Shown piece after piece: positions 11,903 to 25,322 of a stretch of 64,000 nt of DNA. The position numbers and the translations under genes were made by a program. Location: the NCBI GenBank assembly GCA_030141605.1, contig JAQGDQ010000183.1, forward strand, positions 124,001 to 188,000, written 5' to 3'. The stretch comes from Tubiluchus corallicola (lineage: Eukaryota > Animalia > Priapulida). Every line of letters starts with the position of its first letter. The first letter of the stretch is position 1. The notes beneath the pieces are model-generated. The model saw only the letters and a program-made list of their open reading frames with translations. It searched no databases and was not told the origin of the DNA.

Positions 11903-12534
11903 CTGCTCGTAACACAATAACAAATATGTATAGTTTGGTATAGTATAGTATTTTTTTTATTTATTCACAGCATAGTGAAGATTAGCATGAGCCCCTATGC
12001 GTGTGGTGTCCCCGGGCAACTGCCTAGCATGCCCATGCATTAAGACGGCCCTGTATAAATGCTGGTTTTGCCAGGTTAAAAATTCAAACGGTATATTGTA
12101 GTATGCTAAATAAATGCAAGTAAAAAAATTAAACGAAATGAATTCAATCAAATAGAGACTCAATTCGAATTCGCTTTCTGGTAGAGCATGCTCTTCCCAA
12201 GCAAAGAGGTACACTGCCAAAATCTCCAGAGCAAAAAAAAAAACTCTCCAGAGCAGGTATTGAACCTGGAGGTCACTCATCCATTCACTGACCAGACTAG
12301 GCATTGCTTAATTTGGTTGTGGAGCACATACCATCACCACTTCCAGTTCATCTATTTATTGAGCCTAGATGTCACAAGACATTCACAAAAAGAATACGAG
12401 CGGGACCACTCGGCCATGAACACCATCACATTACTGTTACAAAAGTAGAAACATCTGTTAGTGGTAAAAATACCAGGCACACTCACTCGAATCATATTAC
12501 TTTACTATGAAATGCTACAGTTTCCATAACTTAC

Positions 12535-12711
12535 TTCATATAAAACAGACGTGTTGCATGTCAGCAGTGGAGCATAGCAGATGTAGGAATGACCCACGAC
12601 CCACCCAAGGTCGGACGCGGCCCACCAGACCTCGTGCGGGTTGATGCCGTAAATCGCTTTCATGCTCCAGTTTAAGACCACCGCGTGTCCACCACTAGGG
12701 CGCACCACTGC
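12535..12711 (-). CDS. ACSS3: ACSS3 coding exon 6
   Basis: AVVRPSGGHAVVLNWSMKAIYGINPHEVWWAASDLGWVVGHSYICYAPLLTCNTSVLYE|gtaagt. 177 nt; SDLGWVVGHSY motif. Confidence 0.95.
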
Positions 12712-12854
12712 CTAAATTAAATATACAAATGCAGAAAATATCATTTATGCCAAAGCATGCATCAAACTTTTTTGAAAAAAAAATCATTCATTTTTGTAAC
12801 TCTTAAACCGAAATCATGACTCGCTTAAGAAATTTTCACAGCAGAAGTGCGCAC

Positions 12855-12995
12855 CTTTGGTAATCCAGTAGTTCCAGAAGTGTACAATATGTAGATGGGG
12901 TCGGTGGACGGTATGGGAACACAATCGTGACTGCGAGCTGTGTACATTTCTTCATCCCAGTTTACGTCTCTACCTGGATGCAGTCGGGCATCTTC
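12855..12995 (-). CDS. ACSS3: ACSS3 coding exon 5 (AMP-binding P-loop)
   Basis: EDARLHPGRDVNWDEEMYTARSHDCVPIPSTDPIYILYTSGTTGLPK. 141 nt; contains the YTSGTTGxPK signature. Confidence 0.95.
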
Positions 12996-14728
12996 CTAAA
13001 ATTGAATAACAAATCGGGTTACCATCACAATTAACAGCTTTGCTAGGCTAGCTAGGATCCTAAAACTGAATAACAAGTAAGACTGATGATGATCGTGAAA
13101 AGGTCAAAGGTTAAGTGTACCAGACAACGCATTTGTGTACTCGTGACAGTACCTCGCAGCCCAAGCTGTAGTAATATTAGCACTTTCCTTAGCTAGTTTA
13201 TTTTTTCTTGTTTCCAAGCAAAATCCTGCAAGTAAATCACTCTACACAGAGACTAATGTGTAAAATAAGTAAAGCCCACGTACAGTCCACATATGCTATC
13301 TAAGAAAGTTCATGTGTTCAAATACCAATTAAGATATCTAAATTATGTTAAAGTTAAAGTTAGTGTACAGAACAATGTGAAGAATACAACGGGAAACAAT
13401 GCATTTTAGCAAACTGCACTGAATCTATTTTGATGGCTCAAAATGCTGCCGCACTTTCTCTGTATGAAATGGGGACCAATTTGCTCTCTTGGCATTCTTC
13501 TGCTTCCAAGAATCACTTCCTTACCAGGTCACATCAAAAGTCAATCCTAATTTCTCACCACAAGAAACCAAAATTAAGAGAAAGAACAAGTCACTCCACA
13601 TCATGGGTCTGTTTTACTGTTATTACTTAAAGATAGAAAAATATAACAAAGAAATAACTGTCTATAAAGTGTAAAGTTTATTTATACTACTGCTGTATAG
13701 AAATTTTCAGGTGCGGTGGTAGGCGTCATTCACTATAAAACTATGACATAACTGGGAGACTTCATGACTTTTTGTAAACACATCATGGCTTTCCATAAAC
13801 ACGCACTGCTTAAACTAATTCAAACTTCTGCAGCTTATCTAACATTCATGCGAAAAATATTACAAGATTAGCTATCTAATTTTTTGTAAGGACTTGTTAT
13901 ACTTCTTACGGAAATTGACAAGTGTGTTCCTTTTCTTCAGCTATTAAATGACATCATTGGTGGAAGAACTGGTGTTCAAAATGGAGGTGCGCAAGGGTGA
14001 AATGATCAGGATTCTAATGTGATGTTACTGATTGCATGAGATGATCTCGCAGTTTTATTATTAAATCCTTCTAACATTTTTTTGCAAACACTGAAATAAG
14101 TCAAACTTCCCAGCAGGATTGGCTTTTCCTTTAATCAGTAATTAAGTAGTAATTTAGAAATAATGAAGTTGAACTCAAATCAAAATGTATTCAACTCCTG
14201 CTGTTGATTAATAGCATTATTAACCCAAAGTGTTTTTATCATTTCATAACAATTTTGACTTGTATTTCACATAAAATCTAAATGCAATTTTTAGTTTAAT
14301 CAAGATTGACCTTATTTTGTTGCCCGCTAATTAAATTACATACATGTATATTCTTTTCTCTGGATTATATAGAAAATACTATATAATTTATATATAAAAA
14401 TTACTAATGTTTCCTAAAATTAAACTGATAACATTAATGCCCACCAGTGTCTAAAAAATCTTTTTATTTATATTCGGTAAAGGAGAGCAGACCAGGTGAC
14501 TTTATAGTCTTTTCGCTGTCCTTTCTCTAGTTCTAGATCTATATATTTTAATCATTTTTCAAGATTTATTAGAGATTCTTTTATTAATCATGTTTTATTG
14601 TAACACTATAGAGATAAATAAATTGAAATTGAATTGAAAAAAGTAATTACACTTGGTTAGCAAAATCTATACAATTTGCTGATTGTCAGCAGAACATAAA
14701 TCATATTTCAATAAGGGAAATCTCCTAC

Positions 14729-14863
14729 CATTTGTGGACGGTTTAATATAATGCACTTGTCTGGCTTGTGATCGCACATGTCAACGGCGTCGTCTAGGAT
14801 GGTTTTGTAATCCACCAAGCGTCCGGGTTCGATGCCGCAGTTTGCCGACAAAACAACTGCAGG
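14729..14863 (-). CDS. ACSS3: ACSS3 coding exon 4
   Basis: PAVVLSANCGIEPGRLVDYKTILDDAVDMCDHKPDKCIILNRPQM. 135 nt, attttag|...|gtagg; GIEPGR motif typical of ACSS3/PrpE. Confidence 0.92.
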
Positions 14864-14947
14864 CTAAAATGAAAAATAACAATAGCTTGCATAGTGCACT
14901 AAGATTTTCATTTATGCATCTCATACAGTAAGTGCTGCAATAATTTT

Positions 14948-15097
14948 AGTAGTAGTAGTGGTATTGGTGGTGTTGGTGTTGGTGGTGGTGGTAGTGGTAG
15001 TGGTGGTGGTGTTGGTATTAGAGGTGGTGGTGGTGGTGCTGGTGGTGGTAGTGGTAGTAGTAGCAGCAGTAGCAGTAGCAGTAGCAGTAGCAGCAGC

Positions 15098-15167
<70 letters not shown>

Positions 15168-15170
15168 ATA
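14948..15170. repeat. Compound trinucleotide microsatellite (TGG/TAG/CAG)
   Basis: Direct reading; explains the poly-T/V/L ORFs. Confidence 0.95.
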
Positions 15171-15802
15171 GTTTCATTCACTTAGGACATAGTCCAGCGA
15201 TACCACCTTAAGTTGCTCAGTACTTATTTCCAAGGGGTCCTTAGAGGTGCCCATCGAATGTTAGAGTTCAATTCAAATGAGTTTTTAGTTTGAATTCGAT
15301 TCGAACCTAAAATTACAGATTCAAATAATTCAGCACTTCAGCCACACACGTTCCTTATCACAAAACGTTTGAAACGTCATGCAATTAGCACAATTTAACT
15401 TTTAACTGCAGTTTCGGTGCACAACAAATTATTAGTTTTATTGCAAAACAAAATCATGTAATATGCACGATCTTTGTAAGACTGCTTTTTACTGGTTGTT
15501 TGAAAACTTGGTTTGAATTTGAAACGCTGGAATATTGATGTTTTTTACGTTATTCTCGTTGTAGCATGCAAGACCTTATAACAACTGTATCAGCTGTAGG
15601 TACCTTATTAGTACAATAACTGTACAAATAACTATACAGGTAAAATTATTTAAAGGTAAGATTACATTAAGACTTTTAAAATTGGTAACATATTTCTCGA
15701 CACACCATTAAAAGATCACTCAACCTTCTTCAATACATTACCGTTCATCAGGCGATTAATAATCACAGTTTACCAAAGCTCATTACTGCCATAATAAGCT
15801 AC

Positions 15803-15991
15803 CTGTGCATGATTTATTCGGACGGCAAGTTCTCGGGCAGCGAATCCGCCAAACACTAACGAGTGAATGGCGCCTATCCGGGCACAAGCTAACATGGATA
15901 TCACCGCTTCCGGTATCATAGGCATGTAGATGAGGACACGGTCACCTTGTTGTACGCCATATTTCACGAGAATTCCGGCTAATCTTGCCAC
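15803..15991 (-). CDS. ACSS3: ACSS3 coding exon 3
   Basis: [63 protein letters not shown]. 189 nt, AG/GT flanks, classic AMP-binding enzyme segment. Confidence 0.95.
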
Positions 15992-16320
15992 CTGCAAATG
16001 ATATCATATAACGGTTACGAACGCACAGCTCGGAAGCTGTCTTACGATCTAGTAAATACCATTAGTTAACGTAAACGTAAAGCATAAACATAATTAATCT
16101 AATGTAAACAATATGACGGCAGTCTTGTACAGGGTGTTCCAAAAGAAACAGTGCAATGAGATCATAATGATGTAAAAATAACATTATATTTTTGTCACTA
16201 TACGAATTTTCCGCTGCAGCTGGCTTTTTTAAACTAACCCTCAAACTGTATGTGGTGTATTACTGTAAGTAAGTCACACAGTAGTAAGTACTGAAAGTTT
16301 GAGAATCTTTTAATCTATGC

Positions 16321-16512
16321 CAGAGTGGTCTAAATGGCTGTGCACAGTGGGCAGTTGCCACAGCTGCCAGGAGGGCCCATAAGCATAGAGGACCATGCTA
16401 ATCTATGTGTGTTGTGACTTGCTGTCAATAAAAAATTACTATACTATACTAAATTATATAAATATTTGTTAACGTGTTACAAGTGGACATTGGCATTTGC
16501 CTCTGATTTAGT
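16321..16512 (-). mobile_element. Fragment of the same hAT-type family as 7393-12053 (uninterrupted at the RTE site)
   Basis: Reverse complement taaatcagaggcaaatgccaatgtccacttgtaacacgttaacaaatattt...agtatagtatagta matches 9654-9687 joined to 11914-11950. Confidence 0.75.
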
Positions 16513-17315
16513 ATCACAGCCACCTCCGCACAATTAAAATAGTCAGTCAACTCCTTCAGGACCGTGCCATTCAAAATAGGTCTTATAAGACCTATGACTT
16601 TTGCTGTTAGTGTATGAGCACGGATGTAACTAAATGATTACAAATTAGGTACTGTTCTATTCAGGAGAATATCAGTTATCCAATCATGTTATTTGTTTAA
16701 ACACTTATAAGTGATTTATTTGGATAAAATCCAGAAAAGCACGCCCTCTTCGGACACTCTAACTTAGCCTTATTGAGTAACTTAGTCTGGTGTACACTTG
16801 CGTGATCGTACACACTATTTTATTGATCGCCTGCTTGCTACAGAATCAGCTGTACAGAGTTCTGCTGCTATTCCAGGAAAAACCAACTGATCAGCCAAGG
16901 ACAACTTAAGGCCGTTTTATATTTTAACAGGAATTTTTCCTTAAATAAAGAATAGCCTTTAAGCCAAAGTGTTCGAGAGCGTTGCGTCTGGATAATAGAA
17001 ATTCTCTGCATTAGCCGATTTCACAGAAGTGATACCGTATCTTGTTACAGTGCAAACATTGCAGTTACTGAAAGCTTTTTTCGATTTATTCATCAAAAAT
17101 CGATTTTTAATTTATCTAATGTAAGCATTTCATGTATAATTTTGCATGAAAGTTCATTGTATCAAGAGTAGAAAGCTGCAAAAATTATCAAATGTAACGT
17201 AATCACAGCTTAGTGAGTGCAGTTTTTCATGAACCCACACAAAATGCACCAAACGCTTACGGTCTTAAGTATCTAGTTATCATTCTTTAATTAATCAATC
17301 AGACTTAATTCGTAC

Positions 17316-17460
17316 CTTTTGCTGCAGTTGTCTGTAGGATATATTCGTCATGGTCTTTGTCACAGGACTGTCGTGAATGATGGCGACTTGGTTCCCAAAA
17401 CCCCTTTCCACCCACCGATCTACGCAGTTGTAGCAAGTGTTCATCTCACCACCAACAAAC
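17316..17460 (-). CDS. ACSS3: ACSS3 coding exon 2
   Basis: ttttttccag|G TTT GTT GGT... gives (W)FVGGEMNTCYNCVDRWVERGFGNQVAIIHDSPVTKTMTNISYRQLQQK|gtacg. 145 nt; phase matches exon 1. Confidence 0.92.
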
Positions 17461-20400
17461 CTGGAAAAAAATCAATAATTACGTATTTTTTTCAGATGGA
17501 CAGTTTTTAGCTCTGAAACAATAAGTATAGAAGGGAAGGTAAAAATAAAAAATGTGCATAATTATCATAATGTCGAGAAAAGGGCATTTCACTAACTGCC
17601 CTAGAAGCTTATAAACAAAGAACCTTGTTTTAAGATGAATAAATCGTTGGATGCCCTTTATACTCTCATAACAGATTATTTATTTCTTTTGGGAGCTTTT
17701 GTTCTAACAGGCCTCATCAGCTGACTAAAGTATGCTGCTAACCTGGCAGTGTAGGAAGCTCCAGTGCTAACCCTCAGTGTAAGGATCACGCTACCACTGA
17801 GTTATTACGCCACCTGGTACTACCAGGTAGTACCTTAGAGCATTTTATCTGGGAATTTATTTTAGTACAGATAAGGCATAAAATATACAGCTATCTGCAT
17901 CATTTACGGTTTATAAAAAGTTTAGCAGAGCACTTTGCTATTAATTTTTCAAACTGAACTGTTTCACACTGAAATGACTAACTCTAGCAGTGGCGGTGTA
18001 CAGATACTGTAAAACTGCAGCACACTCTATTTTCACTTAATATTATCGATAATATTTAATATAACAAGTCTTTATTCTTTAGTTCCTTCTTTATACTCGT
18101 ACGAAACCAGTGGACGTGAGGGTAGTACAATTTGCTTCACCGCCCAGCACAGTGCGCTCCGGCAACGCGGTGTTTGGCTGTTGTGTGCATACGGCCGTGA
18201 GCACATGTCTGAATCCAGGTAAAGAACGTATTGTCTTGATCCTTAGAGATAAATGCACTTAGGACATTGCAGCGAGTAAGGAGTCCTGGGCATAGGGAGG
18301 TGAACAGAATCATGTCTCTGGACGTATGATCATTTGATGATGAAGTCGTTCACGCAGTTGTTGTAAGCTGTCAAGTGCTTACCATGAATGAATCAAGCTT
18401 GACCTGTGACAATTTAGGCTATCAGTAAAGTTTAGGATTTTATCAAGTTTATGTATAAACATTCATGTGTTTGTCTGTTAAAAATTAGAACGTTAAAATT
18501 ACGTATGTTTGTTTCGTTTTACACAGTATTAAAACAATGGATAAAAAAATTTTCAAGGAGCATCCCCAGTAATTATAGCTACGAGCTGCCACTAGTTAGC
18601 AGCACTCTCAGGTCAGCACCACGGTTTATTCAGCTGATGAGGCACATTAGAGCAAAAGCTCCCAAAATAAAGAAATAATCTGTTATTAGACTAAGAGCAA
18701 TCAACGTTTTCATATTAAAGATGGCAGTCTCAGGAGTTTACTTTCGTATTTTAACTTTATTTGTGTCAAGATATACATAATGCATACACGTCATTGACTT
18801 GATGGGAAATGAAAATTTACATTGTCTGCATTACAAATCAATAAGATTTTAAAATCAACCACATAGAGGAACAATGGTTCGGGTGATATTATTTGTGGTC
18901 TACACATAAAGCGTGAAAAAAGTCACACCCGGGATAAGGCCCTTTACACTCCTATATTCAAAGTACAAAAACTTAAATGAGCACTTTTATCCATCTGACA
19001 AAGCGGCCATGCTGTATATTTAGCGACTGCAGTTAAACAATGCTATGTCCGGTCAGTGAATAGATGGGTAAGTTAAATACTTGCTCTGAACGATAATTTC
19101 ACTCATTGTACTGACTTTATTATTTACTTTTTAAGGAGTAATCTATTTAGTACACAGTTTTCTCCAAAATGTCCCATGACTGAATAACAGCAGATAAAAT
19201 TAGCCAAAAAAGCTGACACAAGGTGTCTCTGCCAGCAGATTTTGTAACACGTTCCATATTCAGTCTAAGTACCCAATGTGTCCAAACAATCCATGTGTCC
19301 AAACAACATATTTGTCCAAATTACTTTGTGTCCAAACAGCCCGTGTCCAGAATTTTCTGCGTATAAAATTAAGCGTGTCCAAATTGTTTGTGGTCGAAAT
19401 AGCTTGTGTCTAAAACCCCTGTGTCCAAAACCAGTGTAACCATGGCAACTATTATCACGTTTTAGTGGTGCCCGAATATTTTGAAAAATTAATATCAGTA
19501 AGCTATACAACCAAGCATTTACGTAATCTTCGGAGTTTTGCCAATGCTTGTTTACGCTCACTCCAAGACGGCTTTAGATGTCACGGCGTTCCTCTCTAAA
19601 ATTAGAATTTGTTTACCAGACGGCGAGACTTGGCTTGATTAACACCACTGGCTGGGCAAACGAAGAAAAAAAATAGCAAAAAATTCTTGAAGCAGCCGTG
19701 TGATACAGGATGCCACCAAGTACTGCGTCGGTTACATTTTTTGCTTTGAAGCAATGGTTAAAGTTAGTGCAATGAGTTCTTAAGCACGTATAGATGTTTT
19801 GGGAGACAGGCATACAAACAAAAAGCGAGACAGACTGACAAGTACTCGGAAATAGAAAAAACCCATGCATGAAAAACAAGCTATTAATTAAAACGTAGCT
19901 AAAAAGACATAAACAGACAAACAAGCAGCAGGCATACAAGCATGTATCTAAGAAACCAAACAGTCTACTTTATGGACGTGAAAATGAATAATACGTTTGC
20001 AAATTTAAAAAATTTAAACAATTTTTATGTAACTAGACAATTTTTTAATTGTTACAGCATTATTCTACCTTTTTGTATTTTTTGAGTTTAAAACTACGAA
20101 AGTGTTTTCAGCATCAAAAATTCAATAAACAAACAATTACTAGACATGTATCCCATTTTGGAGCCGATAAACGATGCACGTGTAAACAAAATATTTCAAA
20201 CTCAGAAGTTTCAGTTACTGGTAGCGCTACCGCCCTGAGCAACAAATCATTTAGAAGCTGATTTCGGTAACTACTGCCCATGTAATGCAAGACTCCCCGA
20301 AATCTGGGACAATCTTAAAGCACTCCGGGAAATCTGGCACAGAGTAAACCAAATGTCCTTGAAGACAGAAAAACGGTCAATCCCTCAAGCATGAAGGTCA

Positions 20401-22544
20401 CAGTCAATCGGTCAATGTTAAACTGTTCAGTAAAGTTAGTAAACACTGTAGAAATGCCATAGTTCACACCAGTTTGTGTTTGCATAATGTCTTTATAGGT
20501 ACAGCTGCAACTTTATTACTGTTAAAGTTTACCTAGTGTATGCAAGGAAGTTACATGAACTTACACATGATATAAATTCTTATATAATAGTGTAAAAAAC
20601 AAGAGAAATAAGTGCTAATGCGCGTACGAAGATAGATAGAAATTAAAATGCCCGTGAAGCATGAATTAAACATAACAACTGTACGCATGTAGGCAGGATT
20701 AGCTTAGCGTACAATGTACCGAATATAGATGTTTGTGACATGACTGACACCTAGCTCTTTATTAAGAATAATTTTCTAAAATAAGACACTAAAACAAGCA
20801 GAAGAGTGTTAGCCGTGAACGTGATGCATAAGTCTATACACTTGCTAATCTCGGAAACACACTGCATATATGTGTGTATAGTGAGAACATATGCGTCAGC
20901 ACAGCAATAAATTCGAATTTTAATTTAAAATTTGTTGAGTTTTTTTATATCACACCATATGGCACTGTACTACAAGTCACTTTTTTTGCAAATATGTGCA
21001 ATACGCTCACGGAATGTTTGTTCTGTTGAAAATAATGTTCAGTTGTGAGGTCGTCACTAACTGAGTTCCCAGTCATTAATCAGTTTTTAACCTATTATTT
21101 ACTCACTAGAAAAAGCTGTGGCAATACATTATGTGCTAAAATATATACTTTTTACAATACTTTAAAATGGTGTAAGATATGAAAATTCCTACTGTTTTCT
21201 TTTAAATTACTGAACTTAAGGCATCTGTCAACAATTTCTTCTTAATTCAATCATAAACAAGAATCACTTTATTAATTAATTCGACTATAGAGGTATGATC
21301 CAGGGTTTGCATACCGCACATTTCAATTACAGTCAGGAAATGAAATAAAAACTTCTTGTTTGACTTGCAAATGTCAATTTCATGCAGAATTTCCCAATAA
21401 CAAGCAGTTATTATTGTGCCAGTCTAATTGCAGACTAAACGCTTTTTGCAGGTAGATCTTCTGCTTCTCAATTTAAGGTTGTAACTTGAATTCATAAGCA
21501 AGTCTTTATACAACAAATAACGTGATGTAGCTTTAAAGGGAAACAGGTTGATTTTTCACATCCTATCCCATTTTCAAGTACAGTAAAAAGTAGACATTTC
21601 AACACCTATAATAATGCCAAAGCATTTCTGATACACAGAATTAAATAATAAGTTAGAAACTTAAAAGCTGGCGAACCTAATTAGTGATCATATCATAGCT
21701 GAACATAATTTCAACAGCGCAAACATTTCACGAGCATGTTGCATATGTTCACAAATCAAAAATTGAAGTACAGCATTCATGATATACAAAAACTCTGCAA
21801 ATTTAAAATTCAAATTTAATCTTTGCAGCTGTGCTAGCACATCAGCCCTTGAACATGCGTTCTATATCAGACCTGAACACCTCTGAAATGAGAGGTACAG
21901 CACTTGCTTTTTGGGCAATGTGTTTGCAAATGCAGGTGCCAATGCCCATCTAACTAGCGAACTGCAAAATGCAAAGAGAAGAGCTAGCCATGCGAAATTA
22001 TGTTTCAGTGGTAATAATTCGTTCGTGTCAATTATTCTTGAAAAAAATACAATATTTCCTTTCAGTATTTTATAGGACAAATTATTTTGAGTTATTAAGG
22101 TCCAGTTTTCCTATAATTGTATCTGAGACAAAAACGTCTACTGCAACTTGCCTACTAAATAAAATGGTCAATTTTTAAGGTGCTTGGTTTCAGTTTGCAT
22201 GATGCCAGTGGAGGAAACATCTCAGTTAGAAACCCCACTGTAGTCGGATACTAGTATATTGGCCACGAGACCAGAACCCCGACAACTCGAACAGAAACAA
22301 AGGGCTGAAGACACTGGAAATGAACCTACAACGCTACACTGTTTATTTCTCTGCCTAAAATGGTAGCATTAACGGAAGCCACTAAGGATCACTCCTTGAC
22401 TATTTCGTGCAATTATGGCCAAAAGCTGTGCATTGAAAAGGACACTTTCCATACTGGTAAATGATGGTTATGGACTTGGTCCTTTGACAAAAAATAATGT
22501 CAGATATCTACCACACCACAAGCAGTTAGTGCCAATTTTCTTAC

Positions 22545-22933
22545 CACTGTGTGAAAGGTGAATTAGCGTCATCTAGGACTCTATCCCACTTCTTGTGCCA
22601 CGTAAGTTTTTCCGCTTGCTCTGCCCAGAAATCTTCAGGATTATTAACAGATGCCCGAAACACCTCTTCATATTCTCTGCTGCGGAATCGTTCCATTTCA
22701 CCGTATGCCTTCGTTGCAACATGTTTGGGATCCCTTGGAAATGGTGTTGGCACGGGGTCTTTTTGAGGAGTTGATTGTTCAGGCGCTTCGCCTACATCTT
22801 CATCACTGACACTTTCTGAAGTTGAGGAACAATGTTTCGCATGCTGCAAGAGTCGAAGTCGCAAGCATTGGTTTGTAACGTCTTGCTTACAGAAACCTCG
22901 AAGCACTTTCTGAATTATACTGGATGAAAACAT
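22545..22933 (-). CDS. ACSS3: ACSS3-like acyl-CoA (propionyl-CoA) synthetase, coding exon 1 (probable mitochondrial presequence)
   Basis: MFSSSIIQKVLRG... is a basic, Ser/Leu-rich N-terminus. It ends in the ACS N-terminal motif YEEVFRASVNNPEDFWAEQAEKLTWHKKWDRVLD...PFTQW. Donor TG|GTAAG at 22544. A candidate acceptor (ctattgcag) at ~22986 implies an upstream UTR exon. Confidence 0.9.
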
Positions 22934-23299
22934 TTTCTCCTCTCTTTGCTATGCTGGTTTACAATCGTAAGCAGCACTGCGAGATCTGCAATAGTGGAAA
23001 ATGCTATAAACACGACAAGTTCTATTGCACAATCTAAGCGAGGCAATTCTACCGATATTACTCTTAGTGCTGTGTAACAGCAACAACGAATAGATGACCC
23101 ATATAACTGATATTTGCAATAATGGTATACCTATATTTTTACAATCGCACTTTTACTTCTTTTGATGCCTGTGAATACATTAAACGAGGTCTTAACAGTG
23201 TAACAAAAATAACAGTTATATACACCAAAAGAGTACTCATAACTAACTCACTTTAATTACGAGCTTCGTGCTTCGACAGCTACTCTGATACAGTAGAAT

Positions 23300-23710
23300 T
23301 ATACAGCACGACAGCGACAGACAGTCCAGACACGTTGTTTACGCCCTGGCAAGGAGAACCAAAAGGGAAACGATATTTCAAACAGCTTTTAATTACACAA
23401 ATTATTAAATTTTTGGGCGTTAATAGGTTTGAAATTAATTAAAAATTTATTGCAGTTACCCCCGTAATAAACTCTCTGAAACCCTATTAACCAAATTTCT
23501 TAGAATTAGTAAATATTACTACTTTTTTATTTTGGCTGGTTGTCTGTGTCTGGCAGGTGGTGACGGTGGCAACTGTCATGGCAGCGCCCTTTTGAAGTCA
23601 ATTTCGTTGCAAAAGTTACAACAGACTTTGTGGGAAATTGTCAAACTGGAACAGCTTTTTATCTTAGTTTCTTTGATTGACCTTTACTTTGGTAGCTCCC
23701 TTGTTTACCA
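23300..23710. promoter_or_regulatory. Putative shared (bidirectional) promoter / first UTR exons of ACSS3 (-) and GOLGA1 (+)
   Basis: Divergent gene orientation, locally GC-richer patch at 23535-23590, plus-strand donor CA|GTAAGT at 23711 pairing with acceptor at 25273. Confidence 0.5.
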
Positions 23711-23992
23711 GTAAGTAATCATTGCTCGTGGCTAGTTTTTGCTTGAGTGATTATTAATATCATGTATTTATTATTCTAGTAATAAATCAATGAATGTGGT
23801 ATAAAAAATTTCAGAGACAGAAACATTTTAATTATATATTTTACCATAAGAATTATAATTATAGTAGTTAATATGGCTATTATAAGAGCAACAAGAAACG
23901 TTACTCATTGTATTCGAATCAATTCAATTTCAATTTAGTTTTATATGCTGTAGTGCAATATGTTACTGGTGTGTACATTAGCAAGTCATGCT

Positions 23993-24704
23993 TAGGGTTG
24001 CCAGATTAGAAAATTAGAAATATGGGGCACCCTTAAAATCTCTCAATATATTACTACATAAATATGTAAATTTATATGCCCAGACCAATATATTATATAA
24101 AAGTAGAGACATAACAGTAATTTAAAAACATAAAGCAAGAATTTTAATGTGTATGAAGAAAACAAAAGTAAAATCATTTGGAAATTATTTAATACAGGCT
24201 AAAAAAATCATTTTAAAATATTTATCTAATACAGACAACGGGGAAATATTATTATTACTTAATACAGACAATACAGATAACTAAACAAAGCTCTTATTCA
24301 ATTGAGACAATATAAAAATGTAAAGGAAAATAATTTTGAAAATTATTATTTAATATGTTATTTAAATAATACAGAAAATAAACTAAAAAATTATTTAGGC
24401 TGGAGTGCATAAAGGTAACCGTAGCAGCTGAACAAGTTACAAATAGGCAGCAAACATGTCAGTTTTGTGTAATCTACTAGCTATATAGTTTCCCTTTTAC
24501 ATTCGTCAAGAGAATCTGAGAAAAGAAAGAATAATTGCTTATAAAGTTACAACTAATAACCGTAAGAAGGTGGTAAAAATATATTTTTATTACAAAATTT
24601 GAAAATAAACTAAATACAGGACACTTGGGTTTCCCTGAATGGTCAGTAATGGACAGGGGACAAAATTATCAATTATAAGGGATGAGGGATTTCTGGCACA
24701 CTTA
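23993..24704. mobile_element. Decayed hAT-like element in GOLGA1 5' UTR intron
   Basis: TAGGGTTGCCAGA ... TCTGGCACACTTA imperfect TIR; partial TSD. Confidence 0.45.
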
Positions 24705-25322
24705 TTCATGTAGGAGAAGTCGTGCAGACTTCTACTTGTACTCGCATTTTGCTTTCTAAATGTATCTTTTTACGTAACTACTACGTTGTATGACCAGAGG
24801 CGTTTTTAGTTCGACATTTATAATTATAAAAAGTTCTGAACTTATTGTGTTCATTTTAGCCAAGTTATCTTTATATTTTGCTTTCAAATTTTGTTGATTT
24901 TTATTTAGTTGTCTTCATGTACTTGACAGGTCACACTTAATTGTCTTTGATTACGGATAGGGGTGGCTGTCCTGGTGACTATTGGCCTTTTTGCACCCCT
25001 TCTCTTCTCTTTTTTATTTTATTTTGTTTTTACTTTTGTTAAGTTTTAATATTAGAGACAAATAAGATTAGTTACTTACTATAAACTACAGTCGGATTCA
25101 CTACTATTAAATTGGCGATTTTGTCATAACATCAAAAACAGTTGTCATGGCCTAGTGCCTTAAGTTACATTATTCTGATATCTCTAAGTTCTTGAGGTGC
25201 TTATTTGTGACACTTACAGTACTTTTAGCATCTATGAAAAGAAACATCAACAGTAATTGCTTTTATGTTTCAGGTAAATTGACATTTGTAGCCTTTTATG
25301 CGTCACTGACGCTGACGTCAAG

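Larger units (their letters stand above)
7393..12053. mobile_element. Non-autonomous hAT-type DNA transposon carrying nested repeats
   Basis: TIR CAGGGCCATCTTAA (7393) / TTAAGACGGCCCTG (to 12053). Perfect 8-bp TSD TATAAATG at 7385-7392 and 12054-12061. Confidence 0.85.
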
